A stretch of 53,446 nt of DNA from Polaromonas sp. (GCA_031365885.1 JANLYY010000088.1:1-53446), one strand, 5' to 3'. Positions 21,755 through 31,448 are shown, counted from the stretch's first letter. Program-made: numbers and translations. Notes: a model not told the origin generated them from the sequence alone.

Positions 21755-22264
21755 GTGAATAAATTACTTGCCACTCTTATCGCCACCTTGTTTGCCGGCG
21801 CAGCATTTGCGCAGACGCCGGCTGCAGTGCCTGCGCCTGCCGCTGCTGTCACCGCTGCCACCCCCGCTGTCGTGAAAGCGGAAGCCAAGGCTGACAAATC
21901 CGTCGCAGCTGCCGTAAAGAGCGAAGCCAAGGTTGACGCCAAAGCCGATGCCAAAGTCGACAAGGCTGAAGTCAAAGCGGCCGAGAAAAAATCTGCTGCC
22001 AAAACCACCGCCGCTGAGCGCAAAGCCAAGGCTCAGGCCCAAGTTGGCAAGGCTGATGCGGACGACAAAATCAAGGCAGTCGCCAAGGCAGAAAAAGTCG
22101 AAGCCAAGGCCGACGCCAAGGCTGACAAAGCAGGCGTCAAAGCCGATGCAAAAACCGACACTGTGAAGGTTCAGTCGGTAGCCGACAAGGCTGCTGCCAA
22201 CATCGAAACGGGCGCCGTCAAAGCTGATGCCAAGGCCGACGTGAAAGCGGTTATCGGCAAGTAA
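21755..22264 (+). CDS. Secreted Ala/Lys/Asp-rich low-complexity protein
   Basis: AAGGA RBS, GTG start, signal peptide ending AFA, repeated KADAK/KAEAK units, strong terminator downstream. Confidence 0.8.
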   Translation: MNKLLATLIATLFAGAAFAQTPAAVPAPAAAVTAATPAVVKAEAKADKSVAAAVKSEAKVDAKADAKVDKAEVKAAEKKSAAKTTAAERKAKAQAQVGKADADDKIKAVAKAEKVEAKADAKADKAGVKADAKTDTVKVQSVADKAAANIETGAVKADAKADVKAVIGK

Positions 22265-22309
22265 GTTGCAACGGTAGATGCTGCGGCAGACGTGAAAGTC
22301 TGATGCTCG

Positions 22310-22340
22310 AAAAAAGACAGGCTCTGCCTGTCTTTTTTTT
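22310..22340 (+). terminator. Bidirectional Rho-independent terminator
   Basis: aaaaaagacaggc-tct-gcctgtctttttttt. Confidence 0.9.
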
Positions 22341-22453
22341 GGGTACTTATTCGTCGGCGTCTATTCCTGCTTTCAATTTTGAATGTGTGAATAGTCTGTC
22401 GTGCAGACACGCAAAAGCTGCAAGTCAGCGCGGCAAGATCAAGAGCGCTTTGG

Positions 22454-22849
22454 TCAGGCAGCGCGCAGGCTTGCCAGCAGAACCGCGATGAACACGGCCA
22501 GCTGTAGTAGGTTCAGCCCCACGCTCGCATAGTGAAGCACTTTGAAAGTACGGCCACGCTTGTCGTCCCGCGCTTGATTGATGCGCGGCGTCAGCCAGAA
22601 GCAGCTGAAGAAAAAAATCAGTGCGCAGGCAGCCAGGCCCGCCTGCGTCAGCCCTACGTTGGCGAGCGCCGCCGCAGCAGCGGTGGTGATGCCCAAAAAC
22701 AAAAAATACTTGGGGAAGAATTTGCGCACATAGGCGCCTGACCACTCGGTCGGCAGCACCATAAAAATGGTGGGTGCCACGGCCACAGAAAAGAAAATCA
22801 TGATGCCGACGTTAGCCGCGACTATCAGGTCACTCAGGTAAGAGAGCAT
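22454..22849 (-). CDS. Four-TM membrane protein, DUF4149-like
   Basis: VAPTIF...FFPKYF...LTPRINQARD...FKVLHYASV. Confidence 0.75.
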   Translation of the reverse strand: MLSYLSDLIVAANVGIMIFFSVAVAPTIFMVLPTEWSGAYVRKFFPKYFLFLGITTAAAAALANVGLTQAGLAACALIFFFSCFWLTPRINQARDDKRGRTFKVLHYASVGLNLLQLAVFIAVLLASLRAA

Positions 22850-23046
22850 CAGGAAATCGCCTTTGCATGGGACGGGTGTCTGGCAGTGCTGGTCAAGTCG
22901 GACTTTTCGGTGTTGGTGCTTGCAAAAGTCATAGCGGTGTGCGGTTGTCCTGCCAGAACATGCTGGCCCCGTTTTTTACCTGGACGCGTTCGGGCGCGCG
23001 CAGCTCAAGTCAATGTACCTGCACAGCGCTTGCAGGCAAACCTGCC

Positions 23047-23298
23047 CTATCGCCCCACTACCGACCAGCCCGCATGCAGGTTGGTCTTGTCGTTTTCGTA
23101 GTCCCAGGCGGTGCCGCAACGGTCGCAGCGGTAGCTGGTGATCGTGATCAGCCCGTGGCGGCGCGTCTCATGGCGGTTGTTGCCTTGCACCAGCTCGGGG
23201 TGGCCGGCGGCCTTGCGCCAGTGGCGCTGAATGCTGGCGCAGGAGTCGCAGAGCGCTATTTTGTTCGCGTCAGTCGGTAGTTTTGGGTCTGAAGTCAT
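23047..23298 (-). CDS. Small putative zinc-ribbon protein
   Basis: CDSC...GHPEL...YRCDRCGTAW. Confidence 0.7.
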   Translation of the reverse strand: MTSDPKLPTDANKIALCDSCASIQRHWRKAAGHPELVQGNNRHETRRHGLITITSYRCDRCGTAWDYENDKTNLHAGWSVVGR

Positions 23299-23390
23299 GG
23301 CGGTCTTTAAGAGGTGTGTGCGGGCCGCGCGTCAGGCTTGCGCGGGGTGGGCCGGAGCGTTGTGCAGATTGTCGCCGCTTGACGGCTGCC

Positions 23391-24134
23391 TCAGCGCTGC
23401 AGCAACTGCAAGCCCCGCAATCGCTGATGCGCCGAATCCTCCAGATCCACCGGCAACTGGTTCTTCGCCTGCAAATAGTGGTTGGTGAGCACGTCCAGAT
23501 AAGCCTCCAGCGTCTGCGCGGCCAGTGCTTCACCGGCCAGCTCCAGGCACAGCGAGGCAACCTCTGACGTGCAAAAGTGGTCATTGCGCCGTGACCGGCG
23601 CAGCTGGTAGCGCGAAACTTGATCGGCCTGCAAACTCAGCACCGGCAAGTGATCGAGATACGGACTTTTGCGAAACATCTTGCGCGCCTCGGGCCAGGTT
23701 GCGTCGAGCAATACAAACAGCGGGCGCTTGGCCAGCGTGTCATTGGGAGGCAGTTCCTTCACCACGCGATCAGCCGTCACAAACTCGCCTGGAAACACCA
23801 CCACCGGATGCCACTGCGGGTCTGCCAGCAAGGCCAGCAGCGCGGGGTCAACCACCGTGCGCGCCCAGCCAAAGGCAAAAGTGTCGGCTACCACATCGGC
23901 GACCAGCCAGCCTGTGTTGCTGGGCTTCAAAGGCTCAATGTCGGCCATGACCAGACAGATACCGGCACCCGTCGGCACAGCCGGACGCAGGTGACAAATG
24001 CAGTGGCTGGGCACCAGACGGCAGCCCGCACAGCGCTCCCCGCGCGGGCCGCCACGGGCCAGAAACGGTTTGGAACTGCGCGCCAGGCGCTCGGTGCGCA
24101 GGCGCGAAACAGCGTGGCGCGGGGTAGGGGTCAT
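23391..24134 (-). CDS. DTW-domain tRNA-uridine aminocarboxypropyltransferase (YfiP/TapT-like)
   Basis: CxxC...CxC zinc site, KPSNTG, LLDATW, FCTSEV. Confidence 0.9.
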   Translation of the reverse strand: MTPTPRHAVSRLRTERLARSSKPFLARGGPRGERCAGCRLVPSHCICHLRPAVPTGAGICLVMADIEPLKPSNTGWLVADVVADTFAFGWARTVVDPALLALLADPQWHPVVVFPGEFVTADRVVKELPPNDTLAKRPLFVLLDATWPEARKMFRKSPYLDHLPVLSLQADQVSRYQLRRSRRNDHFCTSEVASLCLELAGEALAAQTLEAYLDVLTNHYLQAKNQLPVDLEDSAHQRLRGLQLLQR

Positions 24135-24281
24135 GTGGGCGGAACTGTACTGCTGCATGCATCGTCGGTGTCTGTCGGAATCAACCGCGTTACCCCATAG
24201 GAGCCCGTCGATAGCCAATCTTTTTTTGCATCAAACTGTGAGCTTGCGCTTGCGCGCTTGCGTGCCGCGTTATCGTGAACC

Positions 24282-25319
24282 ATGGAAATTGTCAAACGTC
24301 TGACAGCAATTATCGCGTCGGGATTTGCGCTCGCAGCCACGCCCGAAACGCAGGCCTGGAAAACACCGCAGCCACTGGGGCCCGGCCGACCCGTTCCGGA
24401 TGTTCTACCGCCGCCACAGGCAACTGATCAAGCCAAAACAAAACTTGTGCAGCCGCCGCCCAAGGAACTCGCGCCACGCGCGCTGATTGTTTTCGCGGCG
24501 GGTTTTGCACTGGCGGCCGTTGCTACCGTGGGCCTGTGGATGCTGGCAGAAACTGATTCATCGGCCAGGCCCGGAAACCCGAAAACGAGTGTTGCCGCGC
24601 CGCCATCCGCAGTGGCTACGGCACAACCCGCCCCCTGCCCCACCGAGCCCGCAACCGCAGCAGCCAGCGAAAAAGACGGGCGCTTGCCCCTGCAGGCCAG
24701 CGTTGACGGCTTGATCGTGGCCGACATTACCTCGTTCATTTTTATCGGCAGTCAGGCCGCTGCGGCAGGTCAGCCGCGCGACGCGGAAGCGGCTTTCCTG
24801 ATGTCGTGCCGGGTTGCTGACAAGCTCAAGGGCGCCGCCTCGGTCGAGTCCGCCGACGCGAGGTATCAGCTGGGCGCGCACTATGCCGGGCTGGCGCTGA
24901 ACACTGGCGCGGGTGCGGCACCTCAGCGTGCCGAACTGCTGGCACGTGCAGAGCGTCTGTACGCGGACAGCGCGCAGGCGTATCTCGCCAGCTTCGGGCA
25001 AGCCCACGAGAAGTCACAGCTGGCCGCGCAGGGTCTGGCGGCGGTGCGCCAGGCCATTGCGTCCAGGTCCACGTCTCCGCCCACGCCCGCGCCAGCGCAG
25101 GCCCAGACAGCGCCCCTTGCGGCACAACCCAGGCTCGCAGCCCGCAGCGAAGCATCCGAAACTCCGCCCAGGCTGGCGCCATCTGTCGCCGGGCCGGCAC
25201 CGGCTGCCAGCCTCTTGCCGCGCGCTGATAACCAGGGCAAGGCCCGCCAGCGCCCACCGGTCTTCAAGGAATGTCTTCCCGCCGTCGCCACGCTGGGGCT
25301 GTGTGACCCGACATCGTAA
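24282..25319 (+). CDS. Membrane-anchored Pro/Ala-rich hypothetical protein with helical domain
   Basis: Single TM (LIVFAAGFALAAVATVGLWML), Pro-rich linkers, C-terminal C-x6-LGLC. Confidence 0.65.
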   Translation: MEIVKRLTAIIASGFALAATPETQAWKTPQPLGPGRPVPDVLPPPQATDQAKTKLVQPPPKELAPRALIVFAAGFALAAVATVGLWMLAETDSSARPGNPKTSVAAPPSAVATAQPAPCPTEPATAAASEKDGRLPLQASVDGLIVADITSFIFIGSQAAAAGQPRDAEAAFLMSCRVADKLKGAASVESADARYQLGAHYAGLALNTGAGAAPQRAELLARAERLYADSAQAYLASFGQAHEKSQLAAQGLAAVRQAIASRSTSPPTPAPAQAQTAPLAAQPRLAARSEASETPPRLAPSVAGPAPAASLLPRADNQGKARQRPPVFKECLPAVATLGLCDPTS

Positions 25320-25333
25320 AAAGGAGCCATGGC

Positions 25334-26395
25334 ATGAACAAATTTATTTTCGGCACGCTGCTGGCAGCAGGAATGCTTTGCAACTCCGCAACGGCGGTCG
25401 CTGCGGTGGACTACAAAATCGTGACCGCTTCCGAGCGGGGAACCTACATCCGTATCGGGCGTGACCTCGCCGAGTTTGTGGCGCCTGCCGCAGACATCAA
25501 GCTCGAGGTCTTGCCATCGGCCGGCTCGGCAGACAACGCCAGGCGATTGCGCTACGAGCCCGGCGTGAAACTGGCTTTGGTGCAGTCGGATGTGTACCAG
25601 TCCTATGTTGACCTCGCCGCGGGCGGAAACGCAGCCGCCCGCACGCTGATCCGGCCGCTCCGCGTCATCATGCCGCTGTACAACGAAGAAATTCATTTCG
25701 TCGTGCGGGCCGACTCCGAGCGCAACTTCATCCACGAAATCAACAACGCAAAGCTGAACGCTGGCGAGCAGGGAAGCGGCACGGCGCTCACGTCGGCCAC
25801 GCTCTACCGCCTGATGTTTCGCCAGGCCTTGCCAGAGGCCAGCACCAGCTATCTGTCCAATGAGGAAGCGCTTGCCAGGCTGGTCACCGACAAGACCGTG
25901 GATGTCGTCGCGGTGGTGGCGGGTCAGCCTGCCAAACTGTTTGTTGATATGAAGCCCGAGTCGCGCAAGCTGATCAAGCTGCTGAAGTTCGACCCCAACC
26001 ATGCCAGCAGCAAAGCGGTGCTGGAAACCTATTTTCAAGCCAGCCTGCGGGCTAGCAACTATGCAAATCTGCTGACAACCGATATTGCGGGGCTGGCGGT
26101 CAAGGCGTTTCTGGTCACCTACGAATTCCAGCGCAAGGAAACCGGCACCAATTTGCGAAACATGGCGCGTTCGCTGTGCCAGAATTTTCAGGCGCTGCAG
26201 GAAAAAGGACGCCCGAAGTGGCGCGAGGTTGATCTGGCCCTGCCCGAACTCGGTCGCGGATGGACCTATTACGCGCCGACAACGCGTGAACTCCGCGCTT
26301 GTATCGCTGCCAGGCCGCCGCTGGAAACCCGCGTGAAAGCACAGTCTTCAAAAGCCTGCCCGCAGCAGGAACGCATCCTCGGTCTCTGCGGCTAG
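25334..26395 (+). CDS. TAXI family solute-binding protein
   Basis: Signal peptide, GTYIRIG, SAGSADN, LALVQSD, LYNEEIH, GEQGSGT; AAGGAG RBS. Confidence 0.88.
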   Translation: MNKFIFGTLLAAGMLCNSATAVAAVDYKIVTASERGTYIRIGRDLAEFVAPAADIKLEVLPSAGSADNARRLRYEPGVKLALVQSDVYQSYVDLAAGGNAAARTLIRPLRVIMPLYNEEIHFVVRADSERNFIHEINNAKLNAGEQGSGTALTSATLYRLMFRQALPEASTSYLSNEEALARLVTDKTVDVVAVVAGQPAKLFVDMKPESRKLIKLLKFDPNHASSKAVLETYFQASLRASNYANLLTTDIAGLAVKAFLVTYEFQRKETGTNLRNMARSLCQNFQALQEKGRPKWREVDLALPELGRGWTYYAPTTRELRACIAARPPLETRVKAQSSKACPQQERILGLCG

Positions 26396-26595
26396 CGGCG
26401 ATTCGCGCTGCCGAAGTGGCACTCACGCGTGCCTTGGCTTGCTCCGGTGCCGCATCGTCTGTCGAACACGCGGCATGTCGCTTGTGATTTTTTTACTGGC
26501 GCTGCGCTGGAACAGGTGCTAAAAACCGGGCAATCACCGCACGAACGGAGCGTCCCGCGGTCATCACCCGTCTTCAACTACCAAAGGCCAACCCC

Positions 26596-28011
26596 ATGCA
26601 GGCTCTCGAAACCGACTACCTCATCGTTGGCAGTGGCGCCGTCGGTATGGCGTTCGCCGATGTGCTTTTTCATGAAACGCAAAACCGCATCGTGCTGGTA
26701 GACCGCCACGCCGCGCCGGGCGGCCACTGGAACGACGCCTATCCGTTTGTGCGCCTGCACCAGCCGTCGGCCTACTACGGCGTCAACTCGCGTGCGCTGG
26801 GCGGTAATGCGACGGATACGGGCGGCTTGAATGAAGGTATGCACGAGCGCGCCACCAGTGCCGAGCTGGTGTGCTACTACGGGCAAGTGATGCAGCAAAT
26901 GCTGGCATCCGGGCGGGTGCGCTATTTCCCGATGAGCGACTACGTGGGCGACTATGGTGACTACGCTGGGCAGCATCCATTCAAGTCGCTGCTGACAGGC
27001 AAGACACAGCACGCGTCGGTGCGAAAAAAAGTCGTCGACACCACCTTCCTGCAAACCGAGGTGCCGGCAACCCATCCCCCGAAATACGCGCTGGCGCCCG
27101 GAGTTAATTGCGTGCCCGTCAACCTGCTGGCGCAAACCCGGCAGCCGCCGTCCGGCTATGTGGTGGTAGGCGCGGGAAAAACCGGCATCGACGCGTGCCT
27201 GTGGCTGCTGGAAAACGGCGTGCCGGCAGCGCAGATCTGCTGGATCATGCCGCGCGACTCGTGGTTTCAAAACCGCATCAACTTTCAGCCCGGCGAAGCG
27301 TTTTTTACCCAGTCGTATGGCGCATTTGCCGGGCAGGTTGAAATCGTCGCGAAGGCGCAGTCGGTGCAGGAGGTGTTCCACCAGCTGGAGGCTACTGGCC
27401 AGCTGTTACGCATTGACCGCAACGTGCAGCCCGGCCTGTACCACGGCGCCATCGTCTCGCAACCCGAGCTTGACACGCTGCGGCAAATTAAAAATATCGT
27501 CCGGCTGGGCCGCGTGCTGCGCATAGAAAAAGAGCAGATCGTGCTGGAACGCGGCGCGGTGGCGAGCGACGCCAATCGCCTCTATGTCGATTGCTCGGCC
27601 AGCGCCGTGAATTGGCGCCGGCCGGCTGTGCCGATCTTTGCCGGCAACACCATCACGCCGCAAATGGTGCGCACGTTTCAGCCCACCTTCAGCGCCGCGC
27701 TGGTGGCGCATATTGAAACCCGCTTTGACAGCGAGGCCGAGAAAAACGCGCTGTGCCGGCCCATCCCGTTTCAGGATCGGCCGGTGGACTACCTGGCCAT
27801 GCTGGCCGCCAATATGGCGAATCAATACCAGTGGTCAAAAAACGAAGACATCGCGCACTGGATCGTGCAGTCCCGCCTCGACGGCTTCACCGCGCTGGCG
27901 AAAAACGTCAAGCCGGCGGACCTTGAAAAACTGGCGCTGCTCAAACGCTACGGCCAGAGCGCCGGGCCGGCGGCGGCGCGGCTCAAGCAGTTGCTGGCGC
28001 CCGCCCATTGA
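26596..28011 (+). CDS. FAD/NAD(P)-dependent oxidoreductase
   Basis: Two Rossmann motifs (IVGSGAVG, VVGAGKTG) and PGGHWNDAY. Confidence 0.88.
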   Translation: MQALETDYLIVGSGAVGMAFADVLFHETQNRIVLVDRHAAPGGHWNDAYPFVRLHQPSAYYGVNSRALGGNATDTGGLNEGMHERATSAELVCYYGQVMQQMLASGRVRYFPMSDYVGDYGDYAGQHPFKSLLTGKTQHASVRKKVVDTTFLQTEVPATHPPKYALAPGVNCVPVNLLAQTRQPPSGYVVVGAGKTGIDACLWLLENGVPAAQICWIMPRDSWFQNRINFQPGEAFFTQSYGAFAGQVEIVAKAQSVQEVFHQLEATGQLLRIDRNVQPGLYHGAIVSQPELDTLRQIKNIVRLGRVLRIEKEQIVLERGAVASDANRLYVDCSASAVNWRRPAVPIFAGNTITPQMVRTFQPTFSAALVAHIETRFDSEAEKNALCRPIPFQDRPVDYLAMLAANMANQYQWSKNEDIAHWIVQSRLDGFTALAKNVKPADLEKLALLKRYGQSAGPAAARLKQLLAPAH

Positions 28012-28037
28012 CCAGGTTCTTGCATCGTGAGAAAAAT

Positions 28038-28121
28038 CGTCATTCCCGCGAAGACGGGAATCCAGTTCACAGTGGTGGAGGCTTGTGTAGCAGCTGGATC
28101 CCCGCCTTCGCGAGGATGACG
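28038..28121. repeat. dRS3/RPE-like palindromic repeat (GTCATTCCCGCG...GATGAC), copy A
   Basis: gtcattcccgcgaagacgggaatccag...ctggatccccgccttcgcgaggatgac; contains ATTCCC-N8-GGGAAT. Confidence 0.85.
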
Positions 28122-28166
28122 GATAGTTAGTCCATGACAGGCATCAAAACAGTTGAAACAGGCCTG

Positions 28167-28209
28167 TAGCCCAATAAATACGTGCGTAAACAGCTACGAA
28201 ATACATAGC
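28167..28209 (+). repeat. 43-bp dispersed element, copy 6
   Basis: tagcccaataaatacgtgcgtaaacagctacgaaatacatagc. Confidence 0.9.
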
Positions 28210-28235
28210 AAAATAATTACTGCCGGAGACTGACC

Positions 28236-29816
28236 ATGCCGACCGTAAGCACCCCCCACACCATCGAAGGCGCAGCACTTGCACACGCCATTCCCAACGT
28301 CACGCTGCCACAGCTCATCCGCGAACGCGCGCGCCGGCACCCCGACGACATCGCGCTGATTGATGCTGCCAGCGGGCGCAGCAGCACCTATGGCGAGGTG
28401 GATCGGCTGATTGGCCGCTGCGCCGCCGGCCTGGCCGCGCAGGGCTTCAAGCCCGGCGACGTGCTGGTGATCTTTGCACCGAACAGCATCGACTGGCCGA
28501 TTGCTGCGCTGGGCGCGATGGCGGCGGGCGGCGTCGTGAGCGGTGCCAACCCGATGTACCTGGCTGGCGACCTGGCGCACCAGATCCGCAATAGCGGTGC
28601 GCGCTTTGTGCTGACCAACCCGCCGCTGCTTGCCACGGTAAAAGACGCGGCAGCGCAGGCCGGTTGCGAAAATATTCTGGTGTTTGGCGAAGCCGAGGGT
28701 TGCGTCAGCTATGCCACGCTGCTGGCTTGCGACGATGCGGAGCCGGTCGTGCCGCAAAATCCGGACGCACTGGCCACGCTGCCGTGTTCGTCGGGCACCA
28801 CCGGGCTGCCCAAAGGCGTGATGCTGGCGCACCGCAACCTCATTGCCAACATCACGCAGTTTGAGCAGGGCATTCCCACACCGAATGGCAGCGTGGTGCT
28901 CGCCTTCTTGCCCATGTTCCACATTTTCGGCTTCACGCTGATCACGCTGGCGGGTCTGGTGGCAGGCGTCAAGCTGGTCACGGTGCCGCGTTTTGAACCC
29001 GAGCCGTTTCTAAAGGCCATCGCCAGCTATCGCGTCTCGCGCATGGCTGTGGTGCCGCCTGTCATGCAATTTCTGGCCGGCCACCCGATGGTGGATAACT
29101 ACGACCTCACTAGCCTGAGACTCCTGTTCTGCGGTGCCGCTCCCATGGGAAGCGCACTGGAAGAAAAGGTCAGCCAGCGCCTTAATTGCCCGGTGGTGCA
29201 GGGCTATGGCATGACCGAATCATCATGCTTCGTGACGGGCACAGCGCCCGAGCGAAAGCGCAGCGGCTCCTGCGGCCAGCTGGCGCCCAGAACGCAGGGG
29301 CGCGTCGTGAGCCCTGAGACCGGCGCCGACATGCCGCGCGGCGAGCAGGGCGAGATCTGGTTTCGTGGCCCCCAGCAATTTATCGGCTACCTCAACCAGC
29401 CAGTCGCCACGGCCGAAACCATTACGCCCGACGGCTGGGTGCGCACCGGCGACATCGGTTTCTTCGACGCGGACGGCTATCTGTTCATCTCCGACCGGCT
29501 GAAAGTGCTGATCAAGGTCAAAGGCTTTCAGGTCGCGCCCGCCGAGCTGGAAGCATTGCTGCTGATGCATCCCAACGTGGCCGACGTGGCCGTCATCAGC
29601 CGCCCCGACGAACGCGCGGGCGAAGTGCCCGTGGCCTATGTGGTTCCGCGCGGCGAGCTCGATGCGCCGGCCATCAAAGCCTGGCTGGCCGAGCGCGTGG
29701 TCGACTTCAAACAACTCGCCGATGTGGTGGCCTGCGAAGCCATTCCGAAAAACCCGTCGGGGAAAATTCTGCGACGCGTGCTGCGGGCGCAGGATGCGGC
29801 GCGTGGGGTCAGCTAG
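28236..29816 (+). CDS. AMP-binding acyl-CoA ligase, 4-coumarate-CoA ligase-like
   Basis: SSGTTGLPKG, LPMFHIFG, QGYGMTE, TGDIG, KGFQVAPAELE, PKNPSGKILRR. Confidence 0.93.
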   Translation: MPTVSTPHTIEGAALAHAIPNVTLPQLIRERARRHPDDIALIDAASGRSSTYGEVDRLIGRCAAGLAAQGFKPGDVLVIFAPNSIDWPIAALGAMAAGGVVSGANPMYLAGDLAHQIRNSGARFVLTNPPLLATVKDAAAQAGCENILVFGEAEGCVSYATLLACDDAEPVVPQNPDALATLPCSSGTTGLPKGVMLAHRNLIANITQFEQGIPTPNGSVVLAFLPMFHIFGFTLITLAGLVAGVKLVTVPRFEPEPFLKAIASYRVSRMAVVPPVMQFLAGHPMVDNYDLTSLRLLFCGAAPMGSALEEKVSQRLNCPVVQGYGMTESSCFVTGTAPERKRSGSCGQLAPRTQGRVVSPETGADMPRGEQGEIWFRGPQQFIGYLNQPVATAETITPDGWVRTGDIGFFDADGYLFISDRLKVLIKVKGFQVAPAELEALLLMHPNVADVAVISRPDERAGEVPVAYVVPRGELDAPAIKAWLAERVVDFKQLADVVACEAIPKNPSGKILRRVLRAQDAARGVS

Positions 29817-29856
29817 TGTGGCGCACGTGTGGTGGTTTACAAGCAAAATAGGCCTG

Positions 29857-29899
29857 TAGCCCCCGTAATACGTGCGCAAGCAGCTATTAAATCAGGAGT
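29857..29899 (+). repeat. 43-bp dispersed element, copy 7 (CAGGAG subtype)
   Basis: tagcccccgtaatacgtgcgcaagcagctattaaatcaggagt. Confidence 0.9.
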
Positions 29900-29909
29900 C
29901 CGCGAAGTG

Positions 29910-30110
29910 TCAGTCGTCCGATGACCTGTCGCCGGGGTTCAGCAGCCCCGTGCTCATGGCGTTGCGGAGCAGCTGCTTTTCATAGTGCCGGTTGCGCCGT
30001 CCTTTTTTGGCACCCGAGCGTTTGCCGTTGCGCTTGTCCACCACGATGTTGGCAAGCTGGCTCAAATCGTGAATGTCTTGAATCGCATTGACCGACGTAC
30101 GTTTTGCCAT
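29910..30110 (-). CDS. Small basic hypothetical protein
   Basis: 66-aa ORF with DKRNGKRSGAKKGRRNRHY. Confidence 0.65.
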   Translation of the reverse strand: MAKRTSVNAIQDIHDLSQLANIVVDKRNGKRSGAKKGRRNRHYEKQLLRNAMSTGLLNPGDRSSDD

Positions 30111-30191
30111 GCCGCATTAAAGCAAAAACCGCTCGCGAAGGAAGGTCGCGGTGTGTTGGCAGGTTTAAAACAAGTGGCTTGAGCGCGTGCC

Positions 30192-30310
30192 GCGGCGCTT
30201 GCCAAGTGCCTTCCGACATAGCGTCGCGCGACATCAACGACTTGCTGGCGCGCAAGGTGTTGCTCAGGCTTGGCGGCGGTGGGCGCAGCACCGGGTGTGA
30301 ATTGGTCTAA
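30192..30310 (+). pseudogene. Degraded C-terminal remnant of a Fic-family gene, copy 1
   Basis: AALAKC (frameshift) RDINDLLARKVLLRLGGGGRSTGCELV*. Confidence 0.75.
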
Positions 30311-30318
30311 TAGGGCTG

Positions 30319-30361
30319 TAGCCCAGGTAATACGTGCGTAAGCAGCTATTAAATCAGGAGC
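30319..30361 (+). repeat. 43-bp dispersed element, copy 8 (CAGGAG subtype)
   Basis: tagcccaggtaatacgtgcgtaagcagctattaaatcaggagc. Confidence 0.9.
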
Positions 30362-30453
30362 GAATGAAAGCGACCTGTAGTCGTATCCTACGTGACGTCG
30401 ACCCGAAAATTGACCTCTTTGCGGCATCGTCCGCTTTCTCTTTCGCGGCTACT

Positions 30454-30834
30454 TTATTTTGCAGGCCGGTGCAGCGCGCAAATCTTGTTGCCGTCCGGGT
30501 CACGCAAATACGCCAGGTACAACCGCCCCACCGGCCCTTCGCGAAAGCCCGGCGGCTCTTCACACGTCGTGCCGCCGTTGGCCAGCCCCGCCGCATGAAA
30601 AGCATCGCCCTGTTCCGGCGACTGCACCGTAAACCCGATCGTGCCGCCGTTGCCCCGGCAAGCCGGCTCGCCATCGATAGGCGTGGTGATGCCGAACGTA
30701 CCGGTCGGGCTGCGGTAGAAATAGCGGCTTTTGTTGGCAACGCCCGGCGCAATGCCGAGCGTGCCTAGCAGCGCGTCGTAAAACTTTTTCGAGGCTTCGA
30801 GGTCGTTGACACCGACCATGACGTGACTGAACAT
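30454..30834 (-). CDS. VOC/glyoxalase family protein
   Basis: MFSHVMVGVNDLEASKKFYDALL...YLAYLRDPDGNKICA; AAGGAG RBS. Confidence 0.92.
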   Translation of the reverse strand: MFSHVMVGVNDLEASKKFYDALLGTLGIAPGVANKSRYFYRSPTGTFGITTPIDGEPACRGNGGTIGFTVQSPEQGDAFHAAGLANGGTTCEEPPGFREGPVGRLYLAYLRDPDGNKICALHRPAK

Positions 30835-30938
30835 AGGTTTCTCCTTAAGGTGCCCGACAGGGGGAAATAGATCAGTAAGCATGGTACTTGAGCCGATTTG
30901 CGACCTTATTCACCGCACATCACGCGGTGAATACCCGG

Positions 30939-31283
30939 CATACCCAAAAAAGACCGCTGGACGTGACGCCTTGGCTCAACTGGTTTCTGGGCTGCCTGCT
31001 GCGCGCCGTGCAAGGCGCAGACGTCATGCTGGCCGGCGTGCTGGACAAGGCCCAGTTCTGGTAACGCTGGGCCGGTACACCCTTAAACAAGCGCCAAATC
31101 AGCATGCTCAACCGCCTGCTCCACGGCGTTTTTGAAGGCAAGCTCACCAATGTGAGGTGGGCAGCACTGTGCAAGTGTTCAGCCGACACGGCCCTGCGCG
31201 ACATCAATGACCTGCTGGCGCGCGGAATGCTGCGCAGGCTGGAGGGCGGTGGGCGAAGTACTGGGTATGAATTGGTCAAATAG
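30939..31283 (+). pseudogene. Degraded C-terminal remnant of a Fic-family gene, copy 2
   Basis: TQKRPLDVTPWLNWFL...KAQFW*RW...LNRLLHG (frameshift) EGKLT...CKCSADTALRDINDLLARG...GGRSTGYELVK*. Confidence 0.82.
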
Positions 31284-31288
31284 GGCTG

Positions 31289-31331
31289 TAGACCCGGTAA
31301 TACGTGCGCGGGCAGCTATTAAATCAGGAGC
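31289..31331 (+). repeat. 43-bp dispersed element, copy 9 (CAGGAG subtype)
   Basis: tagacccggtaatacgtgcgcgggcagctattaaatcaggagc. Confidence 0.88.
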
Positions 31332-31448
31332 GTATGAAAACTCGATCGCGAAGGAATTCTGAGTTGCGCCGACTCAAAAAACTGAAATCCTGCAGCGCCA
31401 TGCGCTTTCGCTTGACCTCGACAAAACACACTTCACAATTTAGAAATC

